This document shows, piece after piece, positions 15,335 through 27,081 of a stretch of 64,000 nt of DNA. Numbering within the stretch: position 1 is the stretch's first letter; the number at the start of each line of letters is the position of its first letter. The translations under genes were made by a program, and so were the position numbers. Origin of the DNA: Eledone cirrhosa (Eukaryota); contig OZ024740.1 in the NCBI GenBank assembly GCA_964016885.1, forward strand, positions 92,256,001-92,320,000. Reading direction: 5' to 3'. A model generated the notes under the pieces. It saw only the letters and a list, made by a program, of their open reading frames with translations, had not been told where the DNA came from and ran no database searches.

Positions 15335-15982
15335 TAATTGCCTTATGGTGTTTATTACATAACTATTAAGCTCTGTTACCTACATAGAGCACTCTTTTTT
15401 CCTGGACTTTTCCGACGGAATTACTTCTTTTATACAGCTCCAATGGGGATTGATTGAACCATATTCTATATTACATATATGATTGGTACTTTCTAGCCCG
15501 ATTATTTGAGCATTCTACAGTTTTCAGGAATTTAACCAACATACACCATGGACCTTTAACAATTGGATTATTCAATAAAAAATATACCAACTCCTTCCAA
15601 CACAACTTATACTAAATGCTTATAGATAAAATAGAACAAGTCGTTAAAAGAATGAGATGGAAGGCAATGGTTTACTATGGACTATTCAGTGCTGATACTA
15701 ATGATTGTTTTGACATAAAATCCCGCAAATATCCACCTAGAAATTAAAAACATGGCCAACTTCGAATTAGACCTTGTTAATTTAATTAGTGATATCAAAT
15801 TTCGTAAGTACAATAATAATTTTCAAACTAAACTGTCTAACGATATTTCTAATTTTAAAAATTCTACAAATACCTTTGTTCTTTCTGATAAAACTAAAAA
15901 TCTCTTTGAAGTTAATAGTATTTTGTTTAACCAACTTTTAACTAATAGTATCACCAACAAATATCAATTAACTAATAATAAT

Positions 15983-16171
15983 TGTTTCTACTTTAAGCAC
16001 AAGGTCAGCAATTAGCCAGTGCATTACTGGTACATTATTTTATCGACCCCGTAAGGATGAAAGGCAAAGTCAACCTCGGCGGGATTTGAACTCAGATCGT
16101 AAAGGGACGTAACTATGCTAGAAAGCATGGCGTCCGACACTCTACCGATACTGCCAATCCACCGCCGTTTT
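15983..16171 (-). mobile_element. tRNA-derived SINE with 15-bp target-site duplication
   Basis: Minus strand has A box TGGCAGTATCGG, B box GTTCAAATC and a central GCCTTTCATCCTTACGGGGTCGATAAAA motif (Deu/Nin-like from memory). TSD TTAACTAATAATAAT at 15968-15982 and 16172-16186. Confidence 0.85.
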
Positions 16172-16780
16172 TTAACTAATAATAATACCTACAATACTAT
16201 TAATAAAGAAGCTAAAGAACTAGCTAGTTCTTTAAAAATAGACAACCGGATTGAAAGCCTAGCTAAGCGTAACGCATATATTACCCTTAAAGACCATAAA
16301 TTAGACTTTACTAATCGACCTAGTTGTAGACTGATTAACCCGGCTAAATCCGAAGTTGGCCTTGCAAGTAAAGACATTCTTAAGAAAAATAATTCTTCAA
16401 ATTAGAACTAAAACTGACCTATCACAGTGGCTAAATACTTCCTCTGTTATTTCTTGGTTTAATATTATACAAGGTAAAAATAAGTGTAGATTTACCCAAT
16501 TTGATATTGTTGATTTTTACCCCTCTATTACTGTTTCCTTATTAACTAAGGCATTAGAGTTTGCAAGACCCTTCATTAATATTTCTAAATTAGAAGAAGA
16601 CATTATATTTCATGCTAGAAAAACTTTACTCTTTACTAATGAAATATTTGGGTTAAAAAGTCAAACACTGAAAACTCTTTTGATGTTGCAATGGATTCAT
16701 ATGACAGTGCGGATGTGTGTGACTTAGTAGGGTTATTCCTTCTCCACACCCTCAAAGAGAAATTTCCTCCCCATATATAC

Positions 16781-17070
16781 CGTGATGACGGATTGGCAGT
16801 TTCTCATACCACCAACGGCCATAACCTTGATAAATTCCGTAAAGATTTAATCGATACTTTTGCTAATCTTTACCTTAAAATTACTATAGATACAAACCTT
16901 ACCAATGCTAACTTTCTTGACATTACGTGATGACGGATTGGCAGTTTCTCATACCACCAACGGCCATAACCTTGATAAATTCCGTAAAGATTTAATCGAT
17001 ACTTTTGCTAATCTTTACCTTAAAATTACTATAGATACAAACCTTACCAATGCTAACTTTCTTGACATTA
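16781..17070 (+). repeat. 145-bp tandem duplication inside the PLE RT core
   Basis: CGTGATGACGGATTGG...CTTGACATTA at 16781 and 16926; RDDGLAVSH..FLDI is translated twice. Confidence 0.95.
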
Positions 17071-18493
17071 ATCTTGATCTACTTACCGCCTCTTTTAAAC
17101 CTTATCATAAACCTAATGAAAATCTTAGGTATATACACAAAGAGTCTTGCCATCCCCCTATAGTTTTTAAAAATCTAATTCCCAACATTAGCCGTAGGAT
17201 TTCTACCTTATCTTCGTCTATAGACATTTTTAATAAAGCCGCCCCGTAATATAATAAAGCCCTTAAAAACAGCGGTTTTACAGAACATATTTATTATTTA
17301 CCTACTCCCACCCACCCCCTAAAACTAACCACAATAATAGGAAAAGGAAAATGATATGGTTTACACACCCCTTCTCTCTAACTGTCAAAACTAATGTAGG
17401 AAGGAAATTCCTTGAACTCTTAGATAAACATTTTCCTCCTAATCATAGATATTATAAGATATTTAATAGAAACGTAGTTAAGAGCAGTTAGTCTTGTCGC
17501 ACATCAAGGAAGTCCAAGATCACTAATTCAAATCATACGAGAACAAATCCAGGATGCAGTTGCAGGAAGCCGGATAAATACCCATTAGACGGCAAATGTA
17601 ACACCAAATCTGTTTATAAGGCTAAAGTGACACCTTTAATCAACAACCAGCCAGCCAGGAGTGAGCGATATGTTGGCTTGACCCAGGACAGGTTTAAAAC
17701 CAGGTTTTATGCACATGTCGCTTCTTTTAAGCACTCCGATAAACGAACAGCAACGGCCCTGGCAAGTAAGGTGTGGGAATTCAAGGTTAAAGCATCCGGT
17801 ACTCTATCGATTGGTCTATTTTAGAACATTCGAGGGAGTACCAAAGGGGCACAAAGAATTGTTCTTTGTGTACCACAGAAAAATATAGGATTTTGCTAAA
17901 CTTGAAAGCTACTTCTGCTTGCCTGAACTCAAAGACCGAGATCTTCAGATGTTGTCCTCATCTGAAATAACATCTGATCTGTAACTGGATTGACATCCCT
18001 ATGATAACTCAACCACCTTGAATTCCTTCTCTGCTCTACTTCCACTACGGTTTTTTACCTGCTGAATCCACGTTCTGTACTCTTATATTCTCTTTCTCCC
18101 TTATCACCCCTTATATTTAAACATTTTCCTGGCATTTATTTCCCCCCTCATTTTCCCACCTATATTTTTTTTTGTTGCCTTACCCTTCACATACCAATAT
18201 TTTTTTTATTTTTAGATATTAAAATTTGTTTTGTGTTGCGTATATGTATGTATGTGTCTATATATGTATATGTATGTATGTATATATATATATATGTATA
18301 TATATATGTATGTATATATATATATGTGTATGTATATGTGTGTGTATATGTATATGTGTATGTATATATGTTGTGTATGTATGTTTAAATCTATCTATAT
18401 GTATATGTATATTTATATATAATCGTATATATTATATATTTCTGTTGTATTTGTGCGCGTGGGTGTATATATTTATATGTATGTATGTGTGTA

Positions 18494-18525
<32 letters not shown>

Positions 18526-18526
<1 letters not shown>

Positions 18527-18950
18527 CAAGTAAGAATATTTTCGAAACAGCGAGTGGATTTGAAATTATTAGAAATGTTAGCTATCGCCGTATTTTGACT
18601 AAAGAAATTAAAGAAATTATTTAGCCTGATAGTGGCGTTAAGAACCCTCGGAAAAATGGAAAAAGATGAGTATTGTCGTACATAGGAGTCGACTCACATC
18701 TTGGTTATCCGGACCACGGTGTTACAATTTACACCAACACATCACTCACCTTTTTCCATTCAAATTAGAAGCTATACACTTAGCGACTCTAATGTCAAGT
18801 GAGAATATTTTCGAAACAGCGAGTGGATTTGAAATTATTAGAAATGTTAGCTATCGACGTATTTTGACTAAAGTAATTAAAGAAATTATTTATCCTGATA
18901 GTGGGGTTAAGAACCCTCGGAGAAATGGAAAAAGATGAGTATTGACGTAA
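18526..18950. repeat. Partial tandem repeat, ~269-bp period, unclassified
   Basis: TCAAGT(A/G)AGAATATTTTCGAAACAGCGAG at 18526 and 18795; ~155 bp duplicated. Confidence 0.8.
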
Positions 18951-18954
18951 GTCA

Positions 18955-19513
18955 AGATTGGAAATCCAGAGAATTTCCAATGGAAAGAAATCAATCTTCA
19001 GACAGCCTATTTCCACACCATAAGGTTGCAAGCCCTATAGTAAGTAAACATTTCGCTTCCTGCCCACCGCATGCGGTCAAGCCGTTACAATGACACACAC
19101 GCAAAATCATGTCGCTGATAATAGCTGTTTATTATAAACATGTTGATATTGCCACTAAAAATAGCAGCATTATTCAACGTTTTGTTCTCTACATAAGGAG
19201 AAAAATGATAAAAGTGGATGAATACTTCAACAGGTACTATGTACTTGTAGAAATATGCAAGTTGTTTTTTCATTGGAAATTCTCTGGATTTCCAATCTTT
19301 TGGAATGATGAAACCGTCGGTAACAGCAACAGAACAGGTGATTATTTAAATCGTTTTTTAATTTATTTAGAGAATTGTTTGATAACCGCTTGCTCCGCAA
19401 CTTTTTATATTGTTCTGGTGTCTCGAATTAGTACCATTGAACCACAAATATTATAAACAACTTGCATATTTCTACAAGTACATAGTACCTGTTGAAGTAT
19501 TCATCCACTTTTA
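18955..19513. mobile_element. 464-bp hammerhead repeat family, locus A (internally inverted)
   Basis: ~18955-19266 is minus and ~19267-19513 is plus; homologous to 56095-56617 and 60007-60833. Carries the 5' half (GCUGU-CUGAAGA, 19006-18995) and the 3' half (GAAA-CCGUCGG-UA-ACAGC) of the ribozyme on opposite strands. Confidence 0.8.
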
Positions 19514-19515
19514 TA

Positions 19516-19579
<64 letters not shown>

Positions 19580-19580
<1 letters not shown>

Positions 19581-20400
19581 TAGAAAATGAGGTTTTTTAC
19601 AAAATGAAAAATATCCGAGGTGTCCTACACGAATGAAAGTATAAAGAAAAAAAGATGAAATCGAAAATGCAACTGGAGCTTTATTTAAAACAATATATAT
19701 ATATTTATTTGGTTCCTTGTTCCTTCTCCTTTTCAAAAGTAGAGTTGAGATGGAGTGTCTGTGGTTTTTCACACATCTGGTTGGTCTTTGAATGTTACTT
19801 GTTTTATATGGAAAAAATTGGCTGGAAACGCCAGGTTTTTAGAGAAGTCATTTGATTGATTGGTTGGTCAATAAGTATAATAAATTTCGCGCCAGTTCGC
19901 GTTTCAATGTTCTTCAAACAAGGCTGGTGGGGTTGGGGGGGGGGGAGGGTGCTCAGGTTGTTTTTTCATATATGAGTGTTTGAATTTCTTTTTACTTAAA
20001 AAAGGGGCTCACGAATGCTTTTTTATAAAAATGTAATTTGATTGGTTATAAAAGAAATTATCGCTGTCACGTGAACAAGTTCATTAAATTTCGCGCCCGT
20101 ATTTGGGAATTATTTTGCAGGCTTTTTGAGAATTTTATGACAATAAAAAAAGTGGCTCACTAAGGCTTTTTTAAAAATGTAATTTGATTGGTTATAAATG
20201 GAATTATGGCTGTCGCGTGAACAAGTCCATTAAATTTCGCGCCCGTATTTGGGAATTTATTTTGTAGCCTTCTAGAGAATGTTATGACAAACAAAGGAAT
20301 GATCACGAGAAATGGGATGGGAGAATTGTTCTGGTTCAGTGAATATGGCTAGTTTGCTGGGATGTCATAGTTCAGATTTTCTATTTGAATAAAGAAAGTA
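19580..20400 (-). promoter_or_regulatory. Putative PLE pseudo-LTR promoter: E2F-like sites, CCAAT boxes, TATA
   Basis: TTTCGCGCC at 19885, 20089 and 20235; ATTGG at ~19818, 19859, 20041 and 20186; minus-strand TATAAAA at ~19808. Contains a 146-bp tandem duplication. 19580-19808 recurs inverted at 56618-56850. Confidence 0.4.
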
Positions 20401-20639
20401 GACATATGTATGTTTATTTGTGTGTTTGTGTGTGTGTCTGTGTGACTCGTAGATCACAACCCACACAAAACCTATTCCAAAACCGTAGATCCCTGCCCAC
20501 ACAGAGCTTGTTCCAAAATCGTAGATCCCAACGCACACAAAGCAACAACATCAACAACCCGGAATATAAACAAACTGAACTCAATACGTCCGAAACTTCT
20601 ATACAAGACCACACAACAACAGCGGAAATGCCATTATAT

Positions 20640-21748
20640 ATGATAATAGCATTGAAAAAACATTCTAGAAAAATCATTTGTTAGACGAAGGCTACAGGAC
20701 CCACAACTCCTGGTGGAACAACCGATTTTGAAAAACCGAAAATAATCAACCTTTCAAATACAAACCTCACAGCCCAACAAGTAAACATTCTCTGCAAAGG
20801 ACTGAAATTCACACCAACATCATAATACACTATCCTCAATGAGAGAAATGACGATATCTCACACTTCTGTAGAAAATTACGTCTCACATATGAATTCTTT
20901 TACAAGGAGAATAACGACCAATCAATTGTACGGAATAAAAGCAGCTACAACCCAACACAAGGTAGAAACAGAGTTCTGGACAAATTGTGTGACCACATAG
21001 ACACTTTCCCATACCATGAACTACCGCGACCTAAACCCAAACCCAACACTAGTCGAAGGGAATGGGAGATTATCCATGAACTAAAAACAATACGGACATT
21101 ATAATTAAAGAAGCGGACAAGTGAAGTACTGCTGTCATTATGGATGCTGAAAAATATAAACATTCTATGCTCTCTCTCTTACAAAATACTAATTACTATA
21201 AAAGAGTAAAAAAACTACCAGCAATCAAAACAATGACCAGATTAAACACACTGATTTGTCGATACCGGGAAGACTTAACTAAAAAGGAAAGCGATTATTT
21301 AACATATTTTGAATACAAAATCATCAAAACTTTACGGACTTCCGAAGATCCACAAGTGTAAAATAATTAACGATGCCTGAAAACAATCCACGTCAGCCAG
21401 CGTGAACACACAATACCCCACAAACCTTAAATTAAGACCAATTGTAGCGGGCCCACAATGTGAAACACACAAACTGAGCAACTTTATAGACATACTACTA
21501 AAACCAATACTCAAACACATACCAAGACTTGTAAGAGACGATCTGGACCTCCTTAACTACCTCCCCAAATATGTCAACAACGATACTATTATTGTGTCCT
21601 TCGATGTAGTGAATGTCGACCCAACGATCCCACACTAATACGGACTACAAGCGATAGGATTCTGGCTAGTGACATATCCCAATGAGATACCTGGCAAAAT
21701 AGAAAAAAGATTCATCTCCGAGGGATTACAATTTATTTTACAGAACAT
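20640..21748 (+). pseudogene. Penelope-like element (Neptune/Poseidon-type) N-terminus and first RT motifs, 3'-truncated
   Basis: Motifs IINLSNTNLT..ILCKGLKFTPT, IIIKEADK, YGLPKIHK, LRPIVAGP, FIDILLKP, VSFDVVN..PTIPH. Contains frameshifts and ends at (TA)n. Confidence 0.85.
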
Positions 21749-21769
21749 ATATATATACATATATATATA

Positions 21770-23365
21770 ACTCTACAGCGTTAAACCTTGAACAACACAT
21801 AAAAAAGATCAATACTAGAAGGTTAAACGAAAACACTAAAAACTTAAGTACAAAGAACACAAAAAAAAAGTAGACAATACACTACATAACAGAAATAAAC
21901 AACACCTAAGTTCGTTCGCAATACTACTCCAGAGAAAACCCAACGTACAGAACTGTAACTGCACCTATCCTGACAACTGCCCCCTCGGCAATAACTGCCT
22001 GGAAAAAAATATTATTTATAAGTGTACCATTAAATCCGGAGGCAACAAGTGGTATTACGTGGGATCAACGGCAACATCGTTTAAATCTCGATTATACAGG
22101 CATTCTTACTCAATAAAACACCAGAGCCAAAGAATTTAACAACTTTAGCAGAAAAAGCTTGGACGCTCAGGGATAGCAATCAAAATGTACCCTAAAATGG
22201 GAGAAATTAGCTAAAACCCAAAGCTTTTCCAGGAGCCAAAGTTTCTGCAAATTGTGTAATCTTGAGATTTATTACATAATCACACACAAGAAGAAATTGC
22301 TGAATAACAGAATTGAACGAACATTATTCTGCCGTCACCGAACTAAAACCCTTTTTTCCCACTACAAGCTGAATATTACATAAAAGAGGGACATCCCCCC
22401 AACTATATAAACCTCAATCTAGTTAGAAAAATATAAAAACAATCTCTTCTCAACATATATATGTATATTAATAACCTTAAATTACCACACTAATAATGGT
22501 GATGAGAATAGGTGCAAATATGCTGATGAGAATAGGTGCAAATATGCTATAATGAATGTGTCTAAAAGCGACGATATGTATGTATATATATGTGAAAATG
22601 TATATAAATAAGTAAATATATATATATATGTTTGATGTGTATAGTTGGATGTAAGTGTATTCATGTATTAAAGTGTTTATATATATATATATAAAATATA
22701 TATATACACATAGACTGGAGTATGTATGTATATATGTGTGTGTCTATACGAGTGTATATAAAGATAAGTTGAGTATGAAAATGTATACACATGGATGCGT
22801 ATGTATGTACATGTATATATGTGTATATATATGTATATATATATGTGTGCATGTGTATATGTATGTAAGTATGAGCATGTAAGTATGTGTATGTGAGTAT
22901 ATGTATTTTGTAGAGGTGTGCATATATGTTTGTGTGTGAATGCGTAGGCGTAAGGATACGTACAGTTGTGCAAACACAAAACCAACCATGCATATCTATA
23001 CTATCTCTAATCCTTGTATAGATTTAGAAAAATAACCAATAATATATTCTATAAAAATGTCAAAACAACAGATGGAAATCTAATTACTCACTGCCACCAA
23101 AAATTCTCACTGCTATCAAAAAACCACTCCCTCAACTATTCTTCTAACAACTTCACACCTCACTCCTAATATTCTCTATAAAACCCAAACAGGTCCTCAG
23201 TAAAATTATTCTGATGAAATGACAGTTGACAATAACATTGAAATATTGAATGTCTGCATAACTAATACTTTGTATATAGCAGTTGTTTTCAGGTTATGTA
23301 ACTGTTATTGAAACACGTGTCAATAAATTCCTTTTAACGAAACTGTATCCATTCAAATCCTTCTA
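21770..23365 (+). mobile_element. 3' fragment of a Naiad-type PLE (GIY-YIG remnant + pseudo-LTR)
   Basis: CNCTYPDNCPLGNNCL, IIYKCTI..YYVGSTATSFKSR, CKLCNLE and CRHR at ~21950-22384. TATAAAA at 23177, then hammerhead and AATAAA. Confidence 0.85.
23206..23326 (+). ncRNA. Type I hammerhead ribozyme with long stem II
   Basis: UUAUU-CUGAUGA-AAUGACAGUU...AACUGUUAUU-GAAA-cacgug-UC-AAUAA. Stem III is the palindrome ACACGUGU; predicted cleavage after C23321. Confidence 0.8.
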
Positions 23366-23448
<83 letters not shown>

Positions 23449-23482
23449 TTTTTTTTTATTTTTTTTTTTTATTTATTTTTTT

Positions 23483-23513
<31 letters not shown>

Positions 23514-23563
23514 ATATACATATATACACACATATATACCATACACACATATACATTAATAAC

Positions 23564-23594
<31 letters not shown>

Positions 23595-23681
23595 TTAACA
23601 ACAATAATAATATACATATACATATATATATACACACACACGCACACACATAAACATATCTATACACACACACGATATAAA

Positions 23682-26600
23682 CTAACAGCGCTGCGATTGA
23701 ATGTGGCTTTTTATCCCAGCCAATGATCTAAAATGTCTTGCACAGAGTCGGCAACCAAAACATTCACTGGGAAAGGCCGGCTGTGGTTGGAGTTCATGTA
23801 CTTTTGCATGTCGCTTGAGCCCTCCATACATTATCTACCACATGTTTGGCAAGCATGATGAGTAGCATCTCCAACAGCAGCCTGATAGTCAACCACTGGT
23901 CTTACTTTATGACTGCGAAGATGACTTTCGAGTCCTGCTTTGCTTAGGCAGAGTCTCGCACAGACGCTGCATGTCAGCACCATAGGTGGACCCTCGCCGT
24001 CTGCAAGTGCTACAGCAATGCCCTTCATCACATCCCGCTTTACATTCTCGTATGCGATTCGAGATGCCTCAAAGGCAACTTTTCCTTCATATACAGTCTT
24101 TCTCCATTTATTACGATCAGCAGCAATATTTTCCCATGTATCAGCAGAGATGTTAGCGTCTTTCAAAGAGGCTTTCAAGGAATCCTTATACATCTTTTGG
24201 GGTTTTTGTGGCGGTCGTTTTCCTTTAACCAACTCTCCATAAAAGAGTTGTTTTGGTATTCTAGAATCCTTCATCCTGGCAAGGCGACCACTCCAACGGA
24301 GTCGTTGCTTAAACACAAGAGCTTCTATACTGTCACACATAGAGCTTTCCAAAATCTCGACATCACTGATGTGGTCCCTTCAGTGAACGTCATGGATCCG
24401 TCTGAGATCCATCTGATGGAAACGCTCCAATTGCTTAAGGTGGTGTCGATATGTGAACCAGGTATCGCAGACATAAAGAAGACAAGCGAGCACACATGCC
24501 TTGTACACCTTTACCTTTGTCCTCCTGCATATGTCTCGCCGACCCCAGAGTCGCCTTTCTAGCTTTCCGAAAGAAAGCATCACTTGCTTTCCTAATCCTA
24601 ATTGAGATTTCACTGTCAAGGTTGCTGTATCGATTGACAATGCTTCCCAGGTAGACACATTGATCAACCACTCCAAGTCGTTTACCATACACATAGATAT
24701 TTGGTTCAGTGTACTGCTTACCAGGGGCAGATTGGTACATGACGACGGTTTTCTTGAGACTGACAGACAAACCTAGGGCACTGCAAGCGTCAGAAAATGC
24801 ATCCAAAAATGTGCTGCATATCACTCTGTGTGCGTTACAAGATCGCAATCATCGGCATACAAGAGGTCTCTTATGATTGATGTAAATACTTTTGTCTTTG
24901 CAACAAAGCGCCTGATGTAAAATATGCTGCCTGATGTTCTATATCGGATGTAAAGACCATAATCGCAATTCCTGAATGCAATACAGAAAACCATTGCAAA
25001 GTATATGGCAAACAGGGTCGGTGCTGCAATATCCCCCTATTTCACTCCATTTTTTACTGAGATAGGCTCCGACATATTACCTCCGTTATTAACCCAAGCC
25101 TTCATGTCGTCATGGAAAGACCTAACTAAAGCAAGGAACTTATCAGGGCAACTCTAAGTTTCTGGAGAACCTTCCATAATGCATCTCTGTTAACAGTATC
25201 GAAAGCTTTTGTCAGATCGACACAAACCTGATACATATCCAAACATTGTTCCATGCACTTCTCCTGGAGCTGTCTAGCTGAGAAGATCATATTAGTAGTG
25301 CCGCGTCCAGCACGAAAACCAGATTGACTTTCAGGAAGAACACAATCTGCAATGTGTGTCAGCAGAGGGTCCAGAAGCACCCTACATAACACTTTCCCTA
25401 CGACAGAAAGCAATGACATACCTCTGTAGTTCTCACAATCATTCCTGTTACCCTTTCTATTGTACAAGACCACCATTACGGCATCTCTCCAGTCATCAGG
25501 TACGGATTCATTAGCCCATATCCTGCCAAACAGAGAGTGAAGATGTTGCAGGATTTCTCTCACCACCATATTGTAGGAGCTCAGCATGTATGCCATTCAT
25601 ACCTGGAGACCTTCCACTGTTCAGCTTCGAGATAGCCACTGCAACCTCCACAAGCGTCGGAGGTCCTGCGAAAGCTACTTTCACAGGACTTTCTGGAATG
25701 AGATTGAGGAAATCTTCACTGACGACAGACGGCTGTTCAAAAGATCATCAAAGTGCTCTCGCCACCTTCGTAGAATTCCTTGTGAGTCACGAAGAAGTTC
25801 TTTGCCATCCTTGCTGCGAAGCGGTGTCACCAGAGAAGAAGACGGTCCATAAACCTCACGCAACAGACTGAAAAACAGCTTTTTGTTATTGGAATCTGAC
25901 GCAGTTTGTATCTCACCAGCCTTCTCACTCCACCACTGATCCTTCATCTGAGAAAGACTCCGCCTAACACGTGACTTTACATCCTTGAGTACCTCATACA
26001 ACGTATTCCTCTCCTGTGGTTTTGCCGTCAAGTAGCGTGACAGAGCACGCCTCTTATCAGCCAACAAGTCTTATATATGTACATCATTCTCATTAAACCA
26101 GTCCTGATGTTTTCTCTGCAGCGATCCCAGAACACGCCTGCCTACATCATAAACCGACTTTTTAAGTGTCGGCCAATCCTCACCAAGATCTGCAGCCTGC
26201 ATCTCTTCTTCCAATGAACTCTTCACATTTTTATCCTTAAGACGAGCAGCATTCAATCTTTGGAGCAGAGCCCGGATTTTACGTTTAGTGATTAGTTTCA
26301 CTTTTGCGCGTACCAGGCGGTGGTCCGTCCAGCACTCAGCTCCACGAAGAGCACATCCTGTCTGTCTCGCATGCTGACTACGACGTAGTCCAAAAGATGC
26401 CATTGCTTCGATGCAGGATGCATCCATGTGGTCTTGAATTTGTCCTTTTGTTGGAACATTGTGTTGGTAACACACAGATCCAGCTCCTCACACATCTGCA
26501 GCAGGAGCATACCATTGTTGTTACACTTTCCCACCCCATGCCTTCCGATTACATTCCATGTGTTAAAATCCCTACCCACTCTAGCATTAAAGTCACCAAG

Positions 26601-27081
26601 CACGATGACTTTGTCAGTCTGAGGGAAATTTCTTAAAACACCTTTCAAGGCATGGTAAAAGGACACTTTTTCTTTATCGACAGAATTCATAGTTGGAGCA
26701 TACACACTCACCAGAGTCGCATATCTTCCTTTGTCCAGCGGAATTCTCATGGACATAAGACGCTCACTAATCCCTACTGGGAATTCTTCTAATTTATTCA
26801 CAAGAACAGTCTTAACAGCAAATCCTACCCAGCCTCTTTTCTGGTTCCTTCATCTCTTCCTGTCCAGAAGAATGTATATTCTCCACAAAATTCTGTAAGA
26901 TGACCATCTCCAGCTTACCTCATTTCAGATAAAGCCACGATGTCAAGATCGTTACGTCGACGCTCCTTTACAACATGAGTGGTCCTTCGTTCAGGACGCT
27001 CCAAGGAATCCCTGTCAAGCAGCGTCCGTACGTTCCAGCAGCCAAGACTAAATGCCTTGTTTGGCTCTATTACAATGGCAC
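23682..27081 (-). mobile_element. RTE-clade (BovB-like) LINE, decayed ORF: APE + RT + three C-terminal C2H2 fingers
   Basis: Motifs GCWNVRTLL, DIVALSE, VSVYAPT, LGDFNARVG, WHLLDYV, WTDHRLV, NYRGMSLLS, LPESQSGFR, VDLTKAFDTV, LLYADD (~24860), YLGS, RLRWSG, RIPKQLFYGEL. Many frameshifts. Confidence 0.92.

Larger units (their letters stand above)
15548..18021 (+). pseudogene. PLE polyprotein (RT + GIY-YIG), disrupted
   Basis: Motifs YSIKNIP, RMRWKA, ITLKDHK..RLINPAKSEVG, QFDIVDFYPSI, MDSYDSADVCDLVG, YRDDGL, YVGLTQDRFKTR. Broken by several stops/frameshifts, a SINE insertion and an internal duplication. Confidence 0.9.

Noticed and set aside
19109-19456. Recurrent ORFs in the 464-bp family (also 56334-56867, 60117-60578)
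   Set aside because: They cross inversion junctions, differ in frame and strand between copies, and show no recognisable motif.
22495-22555. CTGATGA in a 24-bp tandem repeat
   Set aside because: No stem II, GAAA or stem I partner; not a hammerhead.
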